Part shown: positions 17,203 to 25,811 of the stretch, in pieces | How positions within the stretch are numbered: the first letter of the stretch is position 1 | Layout: the number at the start of each line of letters is the position of its first letter | Assembly (NCBI GenBank): GCA_039810365.1 | Contig: JBDHWX010000001.1 | Span: 1 to 28,680, forward strand | DNA length: 28,680 nt | Direction: 5' to 3' | Source: Bdellovibrionales bacterium | GTDB lineage: Bacteria; Bdellovibrionota; Bdellovibrionia; Bdellovibrionales; JAEYZS01 | Made by a program: the position numbers and the translations under genes | Notes under the pieces: generated by a model | What the model was told of the DNA's origin: nothing | Seen by the model: only the letters and a program-made list of their open reading frames with translations | Databases searched by the model: none

Positions 17203-19224
17203 TTATTTTGAGAATAGACCTTGGCAGGTTATAGGCTCATTGTAAAAGGCATTTTTTTCGTTAATATCATAACTAAAAAGTCGGGTTGTCGTAAAACGGA
17301 CTGCACTTTTCATGAGATCAAAAGAAAACTTTGATATATAAAATGCACCAACGCCAGAAAGTTTTAAAACGATCCAGGTGTCATGAATGAGGCCGGGTAA
17401 AACTCCTAAATAAAAAACGGGAATTTTATGGCCATTAAGTGTTAAGAGTTTGTCATTTCCTTTGAGTTCTTCTTCAATCTTATTTCCCTGAGTATCCTTA
17501 CGAACACCAAAGTATTTTTGTCGATAAGCAGTTAAGCGCAAGAGATAATTGGCCTCGTTCCAGTCTTGTCGAAGTTTGTATCTCTCTTTGTAATCTCTGG
17601 ATTCTGCATACTTCATGACATAATAATGAACAATAGGAATAGAAAATAAAAGAGCAGCTCGTGAATAAGTAAAGTCAAAAGCTAATATTGAAAATAAAGA
17701 ACTTTTAAAAATAAGATCTGCCATTTTAAAGACGTTACTATAAAGATACCACTTTTGCTGATCAATAAAAGATTTATCAACCTGGGTATTGAGGGTTCCG
17801 TAGTTGATTGGGTAAATATTTTTTCCATTATTTTCATCAGCACGAGGCTTTGCAATCCACCATGTTTTTCCAAAGTTAGTCACAATACCATTGGTTAAAT
17901 TGACAAAGTTATTATTTAAAGCCTCTTTAGAAAATGAAAAAACGGCATTAAAGCCGTGAAGACCTACGCTAAAAATATAATTAAAAAGAGTACTGTTAAC
18001 GAAGGACTTAAAAAGAAAAATCTGACGATCCTGATTGAGCATGGTAAGATTGCGATAAGTTGGAGTTATGCCAAGAGCAACGGCCCAGATGGCAACAAGA
18101 GCAAGTCCTACAGGATCAACAGAGTGAAGGGTTGTTATAACTCCTTGTGTGATTCCCTCGTGCGTAAAGCTTTTTAGAACCTCTGATCCATTTTGTGCAA
18201 TTTGTGCTGCTGCATAGATGTATCCCTGACCAATCATAGAAAATTGTGCAACATAGGAATCACCTGTACGAAAGGTATTGAGCCGTTTTAATCCACTTTC
18301 ATTATCCCAATATTCCCAATTTAAACGAGGAGTTTGATAAATGCTCATCCAATAATTTTTAATTTTTCCAAGTGTGGAGAGTTTTTGATAACTCACATAT
18401 TCTTCACGGGATGAGATCTTTTTGCCATCATGAACCAAAACAATGGTGTCAATTCCTGCACCTTCGGCCTCATTTTTCCCATAATATGTTTTTTCGATTT
18501 TATTATCCTTTGCACTTTGAATAAATTCTTCTGCAAGTTGTCTTTGATCAGAGGGATCCATTTCGCTTAAATCAGGAAAAGGATTGATTTCTGCATCAAC
18601 AATGGGAGGTCGCTTGGACATCATGCGAATTTTGGCAATATATTGTTGCAAGATAGCTTTTCGTGAGGTGCGCCTTCTTTGTTCTGCATAATATTCGCGA
18701 TCACTCATATAAGATCGTTCTTGAGCTGTTATTTCGTCAATGGGATTAGCCGTTGTATCAAAAGAAACAATAGCCTTATTAAGGCGATATAAAACAAATT
18801 TTGTCACAATGGGGCTATCTTTATCAACACCAAGGGCAGTGAATTCGACTTTCCCTATGTTTGGGATAACGACCTTTATCTCTTTATCTTGATCACGTGA
18901 ACGAATTTGCTTGGCAATATCTTCAGGGGAAAGTGTTTGTTGTAATTCTTTAATTTTTTCTGCTAAGACTTTTTCTAATAAGAACATGTCCAAAAGTGCA
19001 CGTGCCGGCATATTAAAATATTTTTCTATGGCGGCTTGTTCTTCGGGAGAAAAGGGAAGCTCTTCTTTGAGAAGCTGAGGAAGATCGACATTCAGGAGTT
19101 GAGAAGTATTCAGTGTATAATGATTTTGCGGATTATCTTGAGCTAAAACAGCAACAGGCAAAAAAATAAGTTGTAATGAGATAATAAGATTTAAGAAACC
19201 TTTTACTCCACTTGCCCCAGACAT
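17203..19224 (-). CDS. Large hypothetical protein: signal peptide plus hydrophobic C-terminal half (paralog B)
   Basis: 673-aa ORF, AGGGG RBS, signal ...LPVAVLA-QD; aligns by eye with 19375-21822. Confidence 0.85.
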   Translation of the reverse strand: MSGASGVKGFLNLIISLQLIFLPVAVLAQDNPQNHYTLNTSQLLNVDLPQLLKEELPFSPEEQAAIEKYFNMPARALLDMFLLEKVLAEKIKELQQTLSPEDIAKQIRSRDQDKEIKVVIPNIGKVEFTALGVDKDSPIVTKFVLYRLNKAIVSFDTTANPIDEITAQERSYMSDREYYAEQRRRTSRKAILQQYIAKIRMMSKRPPIVDAEINPFPDLSEMDPSDQRQLAEEFIQSAKDNKIEKTYYGKNEAEGAGIDTIVLVHDGKKISSREEYVSYQKLSTLGKIKNYWMSIYQTPRLNWEYWDNESGLKRLNTFRTGDSYVAQFSMIGQGYIYAAAQIAQNGSEVLKSFTHEGITQGVITTLHSVDPVGLALVAIWAVALGITPTYRNLTMLNQDRQIFLFKSFVNSTLFNYIFSVGLHGFNAVFSFSKEALNNNFVNLTNGIVTNFGKTWWIAKPRADENNGKNIYPINYGTLNTQVDKSFIDQQKWYLYSNVFKMADLIFKSSLFSILAFDFTYSRAALLFSIPIVHYYVMKYAESRDYKERYKLRQDWNEANYLLRLTAYRQKYFGVRKDTQGNKIEEELKGNDKLLTLNGHKIPVFYLGVLPGLIHDTWIVLKLSGVGAFYISKFSFDLMKSAVRFTTTRLFSYDINEKNAFYNEPITCQGLFSK

Positions 19225-19374
19225 GTACCGCCCCTAAAAAGATTTAAAACTTGTGAAATATTACATGATTACTTTTAAAACTGAAAGAAAAACCATACCC
19301 GGCTGAAAAGATAATCTCTTCTAAAATAAACCTGAAAATGATGACCATTATTTGTAAAAAAAACCTAGTATTAG

Positions 19375-21822
19375 TTACTCAAAGAGTCTTTTACAGGCAA
19401 GACCTGTCATAGGGTCTTTGGATTCTTGAGATGAATCTTGGTTATTACGAGGTCTCAAAACGGAATCATAAGCTTTTATAGAGTAATAGGCAAATTGACG
19501 GAGAGTCCATTGGCTGATTTGTTTTCCGGCAGTTAAAACGGCAGGGATAACTCGCATGTAATAAGCAATATTTTTATCTACGATAGAGTAAGTCAGATGA
19601 AGAGGAATGGTGATCGGAGAAAAAAGAATAAGGGGGCTTTTAGATTGTGTTGTTTTTTCGTACAGATGAGTCATCATTTGATTTACGCGTTTGTTTAAAG
19701 TGATATCGTTCCATCTCTGTAATTCAAAATTTGCTAAGGCCGAAATTCTTTTAGCAAAGGCATGATTTTGGCCTAGTAATTCATTAATTTTTTTTGCATA
19801 GGCGAGTTTATAACGAATTTGATACATTTCTCCCAGTGGACCTAAAAGAGCATAGGCAATATGTCCTATGGGAACAGCAAAGTGAAAACTAAAAAGGCTA
19901 ACGGTTGCCATAAAACCAAATCGAGATAAAAGTCCCACGGGAGTTGAAATCAATTGTGGGAGTTGACCTTCAAAATTGGTTCGGGGAATTGAAGTGTCCC
20001 ACAAAAGTCTTTCGTTTTCTCCGGTTTGAGGATTTGCCTCGTGAGTGACAATCCATGGGAATTTGATTTTAACATCGGGAAGAGTAAATTTAAAAAATTC
20101 CTCCCATTTTTTAGGTTCGTATGGTCTTACACGAGAAAGCTCAATACCCTTTCGAACATATTTGAGCATATCAAAAGTAGTTTGCGACATTTCAAATTCG
20201 GCAAATTGATTTACCCGCCAAGGAGCTTTAATCTTAAAATAGGGAATTTGAAGAGTTCCTTCTGCTTCGCCTACTTTAGCGCGAAAGCGAGGAGTTTCTT
20301 GCATGGATGTTTTTGAGGAAGATTTAATAGATTGATTAATTAAAATATCGGCATGGGTTTTAATTGCTTTCCAATCGGTGTTGCCATAGGCATCAAAGAA
20401 AGAAAGAGAAGCTGAAGATTCTAGATTGTATTGATAGGACTGTGAAATTCCTGTACTCCAGTTTTTAATAAATCGAACAGCCTCGTTTCCTCGATAAACA
20501 AAATTTTGCCAGGTGCGACTCAGAACACCAAAAGTTAAACTCCATGTAAAGGAGATGCGAGCCACATCAAATGGAGTAAGGCTTTGAGGAAGAGAGGCAG
20601 GAAAAAGATTGGCAGTAAAGTAAGAAAGAGCTCCAAGACCAATACCAAAAGAAAGTCCCATAAGATAATCACCTGTTAAAAGAACACGAAACTTTTTTAG
20701 TCCATGACTCTTTTGCCAAAGATTTTTGTCATAGGCAGGTTGTTCCCAGATAGTTCTCTGCAGATCTTTCCAATATTCTAAGGAGGTTTTGGGTTGTCTT
20801 TGTATTGTGCTTTTTCCTGTGATTTGTCCTGACCGACTATTTAAACCAATAATCATTAGGGATTCATTGCCATCAGACTTTTGACGTAATTCTTCCTCTT
20901 CGCGAGCGAGTTCACCAAGAATTTGTGGAATAGATTGAAGTTTTGTTTTTGTTTTTTTAGGAATATCAATAGTAAATTTAGAAAGATCAACCCATGTTTG
21001 AAAACCTTTATCTAGAACTTTTTGAAACCATTTTTTTTGAACGAGCTCATCAAGAGGGGATTCAAGAGTTTCTTGAACCTGTTCTTGAATTGTGTTTTCT
21101 GTGACAAGATTTTCCTTTTGGCTTTGTTGGGGAGAAACATCAAGCTCAGTTAGCGGAGAATATTCAAGTTGTGGGTTCCACTCACTCATGAGCATACGTG
21201 ACCAAAGAACTCTTAACTTTTTAATAAGAAGACGACGATACTTAATTTCATTTGAAATTTGTTCTGAAGATAATCCCTGAAAAGGCCCATAGAGTTTTAA
21301 GAGGCCCGTGCGATCTGCTCGTTCAAAATTAAGAAGTTCTTGATAATCAATTTGGCTAGTATCAAAAAAGAGAATGGACATTTTGAGTCCATTATGGCGA
21401 ACCTTAGTGATAATAATGGGCTTATGATTGTATCCGATATCTAAAACAATAGGCTCTGCTTTTCCAATATGTTCATTTTCGTATTCGATATTTTCTGAAT
21501 CTTTTCTTTTCTGCAGAATTTCAATAATTCTGTCAGATCCTAATTTTTCCTCAGCCTGTTTCATTTTAAGATACAGATTTTTAAAGAGAAACATGATCTC
21601 AAGAGTGTACTGTGTTGGAAGTCCTAAATAATTTCGGACTTGTTCTTCATCTTGGGGAGAAAGAGTCTGGCGTCCAATGGCTGATTCGGTAACATCAATT
21701 CCTGGTAAATTTTGTGTGGGATCAGGGATCATTTGTGCGCGCACGGGGAGTGACGAACTAAGAAAGCTTAAAAGAGTTATAAGCCAAATAAGTCTATGAC
21801 TTGTATTCCTCACCCGAATCAT
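19375..21822 (-). CDS. Large hypothetical protein: signal peptide plus hydrophobic C-terminal half (paralog A)
   Basis: 815-aa ORF, signal ...SSLPVRA-QM; aligns by eye with 17203-19224. Confidence 0.85.
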   Translation of the reverse strand: MIRVRNTSHRLIWLITLLSFLSSSLPVRAQMIPDPTQNLPGIDVTESAIGRQTLSPQDEEQVRNYLGLPTQYTLEIMFLFKNLYLKMKQAEEKLGSDRIIEILQKRKDSENIEYENEHIGKAEPIVLDIGYNHKPIIITKVRHNGLKMSILFFDTSQIDYQELLNFERADRTGLLKLYGPFQGLSSEQISNEIKYRRLLIKKLRVLWSRMLMSEWNPQLEYSPLTELDVSPQQSQKENLVTENTIQEQVQETLESPLDELVQKKWFQKVLDKGFQTWVDLSKFTIDIPKKTKTKLQSIPQILGELAREEEELRQKSDGNESLMIIGLNSRSGQITGKSTIQRQPKTSLEYWKDLQRTIWEQPAYDKNLWQKSHGLKKFRVLLTGDYLMGLSFGIGLGALSYFTANLFPASLPQSLTPFDVARISFTWSLTFGVLSRTWQNFVYRGNEAVRFIKNWSTGISQSYQYNLESSASLSFFDAYGNTDWKAIKTHADILINQSIKSSSKTSMQETPRFRAKVGEAEGTLQIPYFKIKAPWRVNQFAEFEMSQTTFDMLKYVRKGIELSRVRPYEPKKWEEFFKFTLPDVKIKFPWIVTHEANPQTGENERLLWDTSIPRTNFEGQLPQLISTPVGLLSRFGFMATVSLFSFHFAVPIGHIAYALLGPLGEMYQIRYKLAYAKKINELLGQNHAFAKRISALANFELQRWNDITLNKRVNQMMTHLYEKTTQSKSPLILFSPITIPLHLTYSIVDKNIAYYMRVIPAVLTAGKQISQWTLRQFAYYSIKAYDSVLRPRNNQDSSQESKDPMTGLACKRLFE

Positions 21823-21955
21823 GTGTATATTTTAATTGAATGTGACGATTTCTTCAATAAAAGCGGGGGGTTGTGTCTTTTTTACTTAAATTGTCTAAAG
21901 TTTCATCGTTTTGTAATTTTAGATCAAAAAAACGGTGTCTTTACTTGCTTCTTAA

Positions 21956-21974
21956 GAGGAGAAATGGTCTCCTC
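21956..21974 (-). terminator. Hairpin downstream of the SLT gene, possible weak terminator
   Basis: GAGGAGA-N5-TCTCCTC, 28 nt past the SLT stop; poor U-tract. Confidence 0.45.
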
Positions 21975-22001
21975 GCAGGGTTGTTTTGAGTTTTTCCTTG
22001 C

Positions 22002-22742
22002 TTAGTTTGAGGCCACCGGAATAGGCATTGCAATAAGGTCATTTTCGATTTCCTCAGCTGCATTTAAGTTTTGAGCCATGATTGATAAATCTTGCATGTA
22101 TTTCACATAGTGTTTCATAACGTTTTGAACATATTCCTTAGGATTAAGATTGGCACGGAGGTTTTGTCTGAGTTTTGTAGCTCCCATATTGTAAGCAGAA
22201 ATATAATGACGACTATTTTTATCAAAACGATTTCGAAGATTACTTAAGAAGAATGTTCCAATTTTGATATTGGTAGCGGGATCTTTTAAATTGAGTTTCT
22301 TTACAAGATGATATTTTTTATTTAGCCACTGAGCAGTTTCTGGGCGAACCTGCATCAAGCCAACTTCTTTTACGGTACCAATTTGATCAGGGTTAAATGA
22401 GGACTCTTGTTGTATGACCGCAGTTATAAAAAGAGGATCCATATTATAACGATTGGCCTCTGTAATAATAGCAGTTGCGATTTTACTTGCATTTTTCTTA
22501 TACTTTTTGGGCAAGCCTTGAGAAGCTAAACTTAAAACGTACTCTGCAATCATTTGATCAGCCTTTGAGCTTTCTGAAACAGATGATGGAATCCGAGTTT
22601 TTCCCATAAGTTCTTTTTGATGATTCAAAACTGAGTGCATATCTACCAAAGGGAGTTGTACGTTTGTTGTATTGGCTTGCTGATATGGAAATAACAGCGT
22701 TATTAAAACGAATCTTAAAGTAATTAAAAATACCTTTTTCAT
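22002..22742 (-). CDS. Lytic transglycosylase (SLT domain) with signal peptide
   Basis: AVIQQESSFNP (catalytic Glu), GLMQV, NIKIG..FL, AYNMG; AAGGGG RBS before ATG 22742. Confidence 0.93.
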   Translation of the reverse strand: MKKVFLITLRFVLITLLFPYQQANTTNVQLPLVDMHSVLNHQKELMGKTRIPSSVSESSKADQMIAEYVLSLASQGLPKKYKKNASKIATAIITEANRYNMDPLFITAVIQQESSFNPDQIGTVKEVGLMQVRPETAQWLNKKYHLVKKLNLKDPATNIKIGTFFLSNLRNRFDKNSRHYISAYNMGATKLRQNLRANLNPKEYVQNVMKHYVKYMQDLSIMAQNLNAAEEIENDLIAMPIPVASN

Positions 22743-22776
22743 AACCACCCCTTACATCCTTGATACAGACATAGAG

Positions 22777-22793
22777 TGCAAGGCGAATGCCAA
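22777..22793 (-). promoter_or_regulatory. Sigma-54 (-24/-12) promoter for the SLT gene
   Basis: Minus strand TTGGCATTCGCCTTGCA = GG-N10-GC with TTGCA -12 box, about 35 nt upstream of the ATG. Confidence 0.75.
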
Positions 22794-22939
22794 AATGTAA
22801 GTGGTAGAAATAACAATAGATTCCCAATTTTAGAAGCTTAAAATGACATTAGAAGATTTCGCATTGGCATCTGTATAAAAGTTCATCTGTCTTAATTTGA
22901 GAGGTAAAAACGACGGCAGTTTTTTTGCAAGAATGAGTC

Positions 22940-24160
22940 TTAATTTGAGTCATCATCAATTAAAAAATCAGGGATGTTTGTAAAAGCAATTCGTTGAGGT
23001 GCGGCTTCTTTAACTTGATGGAGTCCTCCGAGATAGACGAGATTTTTACCGTATTTTAAATTGAGGTGATCCATGGCATGGGAAAGATGAATTCCCTTTT
23101 GATTGTCGAAAAAAGAGAGAGTTTTTTGATGTGTTGAAATTAAATTTGAAAGAACAAGAGAGACCTTAAAGGGTTGTCCAGAGGGTAAATTAGCCCATAC
23201 AGATTTTAAGATTTTATTAAGAGTGAGATCGTCTTGACATTCGTGTATGGAAACTTCATTTGACCACTTTTTTTGATTGGTGTAGCGAACTGAAATATAA
23301 AAGTTCTGAGCCCATGCATCCATTTTACGTAATTGAAGAGAGGCTTTAGACAGAAGTTTTTGGGCGACTTGAAAGGCTCCTTCCTGTGATCTTAAGTGAG
23401 GAGGAAGGACATGGGATCTCGAAATTGATTTTTGAATATCGGATTTGTCGTCATGAAAATCTTCACATCTTATCCAGCGGTAGAATTTTTCGCCAACAAT
23501 TCCGCCCCAAATATGATGCATTTTTTTTAAGTCTTGCTGGTAAAGGTCTTGCATAGTGAGAACACCTTGTTTTAAGAGGCGTTCTTCCATTCGAGGCCCA
23601 ATGCCGGGCAAATCTCGTGGCTTGAGTGTTAAAAGTTTTTCTTTGAGATTTTCTCTGGTAAAAACAGTAAGTCCTTTTGGTTTTTGAAAATCACTTGCAA
23701 CCTTAGATAAAAACTTATTAGGTGCAAGACCTATGGAGCAATGAAGCTCTCTTCCAACTTTATAGATAGCTTGACGAATCTCGTTAGCTAACGAGATGGC
23801 ATTATCAAGAGTTTGATCTCGACCACCAAGTCGACAAGCCATCTCGTCAATGGATAAGACAGAGTGAACGGGATGACAGCTTTCAACGGCTTGAACGATC
23901 TGATGATGATACTGGCCATAAATTTTATGATTACCAACTACAAATATAATTTGTGGACATAGTTTTTTTGCGTCACGAACAAGAGTTCCAGTTTTAATAC
24001 CAAAATTTTTTGCTTCATAACTTGCAGCAAGACAAGATGTGGTATCCACAAGGCTTGGTACGACGGCGATAGGCTTTCCTCTTAATTTGGGATTAAGCTC
24101 CTGTTCCACAGAAGCAAAGTAAGAGTTGATATCGACAAAAAGCCATTGAACAGTTGACAT
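22940..24160 (-). CDS. dinB: Y-family DNA polymerase (DinB/Pol IV-like)
   Basis: FVDINSYFASVE, AASYEAK..GI..G, SIDE, GLAPNKFLSKVAS..QKP.G, LPGIG; clamp-like QKTLSFF; AAAGGA RBS before ATG 24160. Confidence 0.9.
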   Translation of the reverse strand: MSTVQWLFVDINSYFASVEQELNPKLRGKPIAVVPSLVDTTSCLAASYEAKNFGIKTGTLVRDAKKLCPQIIFVVGNHKIYGQYHHQIVQAVESCHPVHSVLSIDEMACRLGGRDQTLDNAISLANEIRQAIYKVGRELHCSIGLAPNKFLSKVASDFQKPKGLTVFTRENLKEKLLTLKPRDLPGIGPRMEERLLKQGVLTMQDLYQQDLKKMHHIWGGIVGEKFYRWIRCEDFHDDKSDIQKSISRSHVLPPHLRSQEGAFQVAQKLLSKASLQLRKMDAWAQNFYISVRYTNQKKWSNEVSIHECQDDLTLNKILKSVWANLPSGQPFKVSLVLSNLISTHQKTLSFFDNQKGIHLSHAMDHLNLKYGKNLVYLGGLHQVKEAAPQRIAFTNIPDFLIDDDSN

Positions 24161-24331
24161 AAATCCTTTGTAAAAAGTTTTAAGCAAATCAGAATAATCA
24201 TTTAAGATTCTAACGAATAGCTACAGAAAAAAGAAAAAGTATTTTATAACACGTCGTTTCGATGCTGTGTTGTGTGAATTGACTGGGGTGATGCAGACGG
24301 GCATCCTGAATTTGAGATCGATTGAAATACT

Positions 24332-24349
24332 AAAACCTGTGGAGGTTTT
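24332..24349. terminator. Short hairpin, possible terminator
   Basis: AAAACCT-GTGG-AGGTTTT perfect 7-bp stem in the intergenic region. Confidence 0.35.
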
Positions 24350-24364
24350 GTGCAGTCGGTTTTC

Positions 24365-24399
<35 letters not shown>

Positions 24400-24530
24400 G
24401 CGTTTTATTTTTATTTGTTTTTTAGCCTGTGTAGTTTCTTATTTTAGTGTGTTTATTGCAAAGATTCTTTTACTTGCAATAAGTCTTTTTACCAATGTCA
24501 CTCTTAATACTTTTCTATGGAGAAAAGTTG

Positions 24531-24956
24531 TTAATCCTTAGCGAATCCTGATTGGAATATGGGATCGCAATATCTCCCCGTTGCGGAAAGTCCCATAGCG
24601 TATAAAAACCGAGAGCGATATCCGATGACATAAGGTTTTGAAGCAAGGTATTCAATCTCATTTATGCAAACGTAATAATTAACAGCATCAGGAGATACGG
24701 AAGCGGGGGAAAGTGGTGCTGGAGCGACACATGATTTTCCGGTTGGGTGGGCACCTCGAACAACAAGTTTTGTAGAAAAAAATAAGGCGCCAGTAAATGT
24801 GTATTCTGTGCCGTTACCACAAAAAATAAGAGGTTGATTTAATTGTCCAGGGTTTCCGGTAAGTACTTTTTTAGTTTCCAACTTTGCACAAGAGATAAGA
24901 AATATACTGATTAAAATAAAAATAATTTGATTCAAAAAGAATTTATAACAGAACAT
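24531..24956 (-). CDS. Hypothetical lipoprotein
   Basis: GGGAGG RBS 5 nt before ATG 24956; lipobox IFLIS-C; 4 further Cys. Confidence 0.78.
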   Translation of the reverse strand: MFCYKFFLNQIIFILISIFLISCAKLETKKVLTGNPGQLNQPLIFCGNGTEYTFTGALFFSTKLVVRGAHPTGKSCVAPAPLSPASVSPDAVNYYVCINEIEYLASKPYVIGYRSRFLYAMGLSATGRYCDPIFQSGFAKD

Positions 24957-25025
24957 CAAATCCTCCCGGATTTTTTTATCCCACGACACTTTTACATAAT
25001 ATTTCTTTATAAAAAGTCAATAATT

Positions 25026-25040
25026 GTCTCAGTATGAGAC
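25026..25040. promoter_or_regulatory. Perfect 6-3-6 palindrome GTCTCA-GTA-TGAGAC, candidate transcription-factor site
   Basis: Seen directly; ends 9 nt upstream of the sigma-28-like -35 box; degenerate copies at 7220, 15520, 17034, 22889 and 22937. Confidence 0.6.
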
Positions 25041-25049
25041 CTATTTTAT

Positions 25050-25076
25050 TAAATACAAGGAAGAATTTACCGATAA
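25050..25076 (+). promoter_or_regulatory. Sigma-28 (FliA-type) promoter
   Basis: TAAA-N15-ACCGATAA, one mismatch to the canonical consensus, 40 nt upstream of a FliG-like gene. Confidence 0.72.
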
Positions 25077-25115
25077 AAGTGTTGGAAAATAAGAAGCTAA
25101 AAGTGGAGTTGAAAA

Positions 25116-25811
25116 ATGAGCATGATAGCACGCTATAAGAAGAAGGGTGGATTTCTTCAGCTTTTAAATCTGATAGAGACATGTGGACCACAAAAGCAAG
25201 ATAAGTTTCTTAAAATGATTGAAGAAGAAGATGCCAGATGGGCAGATGCCGTTCGTTTAAAACTTTTAACAATGAAGCGTATTACATCTTGGGATGACAA
25301 TTCAGTTGCAGAACTTGTTGTTGGGCTTATGGATCTCACTTTAGCAACAGCAATAGCAGGACTTGATCAGTCAGCTCGTGATAAGATTTATAAGATGATG
25401 GATCACTCTCGTAAAAGAAGGATTGAAGATCTTATCGAAGAGAAAAAGCCAAATGCAGCTGAAATTTCAACGGCGTTTATGCAAATCATTACAGAAACAA
25501 GAAAAATGATCACAGAGGGAGTTTTACTCATAGACAAAGTTGATCCCGATTTAATAGTAAGCTCAGAGTTTGAGGATTCGATTTTAAACGGTATGCCGAT
25601 TGTTAAAGTTTCAGAAGAGATGGGTTTAAAAGTAACACCTCCTGTAGATATAAGTGCAGCTTCAAATTCAGGCGTGGCAACATCTAGTCAAAAGAGCGAA
25701 GTGGAACAACTAAAAAAAATTGTTTCACAACTAACTGTTGAAAATCAAAAATTAAAAGAAAGAGTTGTTGTTGCAGAAAACAAACTCTCTCAAATTAAAA
25801 AAATAGCTTAA
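25116..25811 (+). CDS. Stand-alone FliG C-terminal-domain-like protein with C-terminal coiled coil
   Basis: LATAIAGLDQSARDKIYKMMDHSRKRRIEDLIEE..AEISTAFMQIITETRKMITEG resembles FliG-C; GGAG RBS; heptad tail. Confidence 0.7.
   Translation: MSMIARYKKKGGFLQLLNLIETCGPQKQDKFLKMIEEEDARWADAVRLKLLTMKRITSWDDNSVAELVVGLMDLTLATAIAGLDQSARDKIYKMMDHSRKRRIEDLIEEKKPNAAEISTAFMQIITETRKMITEGVLLIDKVDPDLIVSSEFEDSILNGMPIVKVSEEMGLKVTPPVDISAASNSGVATSSQKSEVEQLKKIVSQLTVENQKLKERVVVAENKLSQIKKIA

Noticed and set aside
25808-25811. Overlapping stop codons (TTAA) of convergent genes
   Set aside because: Common compact arrangement; no further signal.
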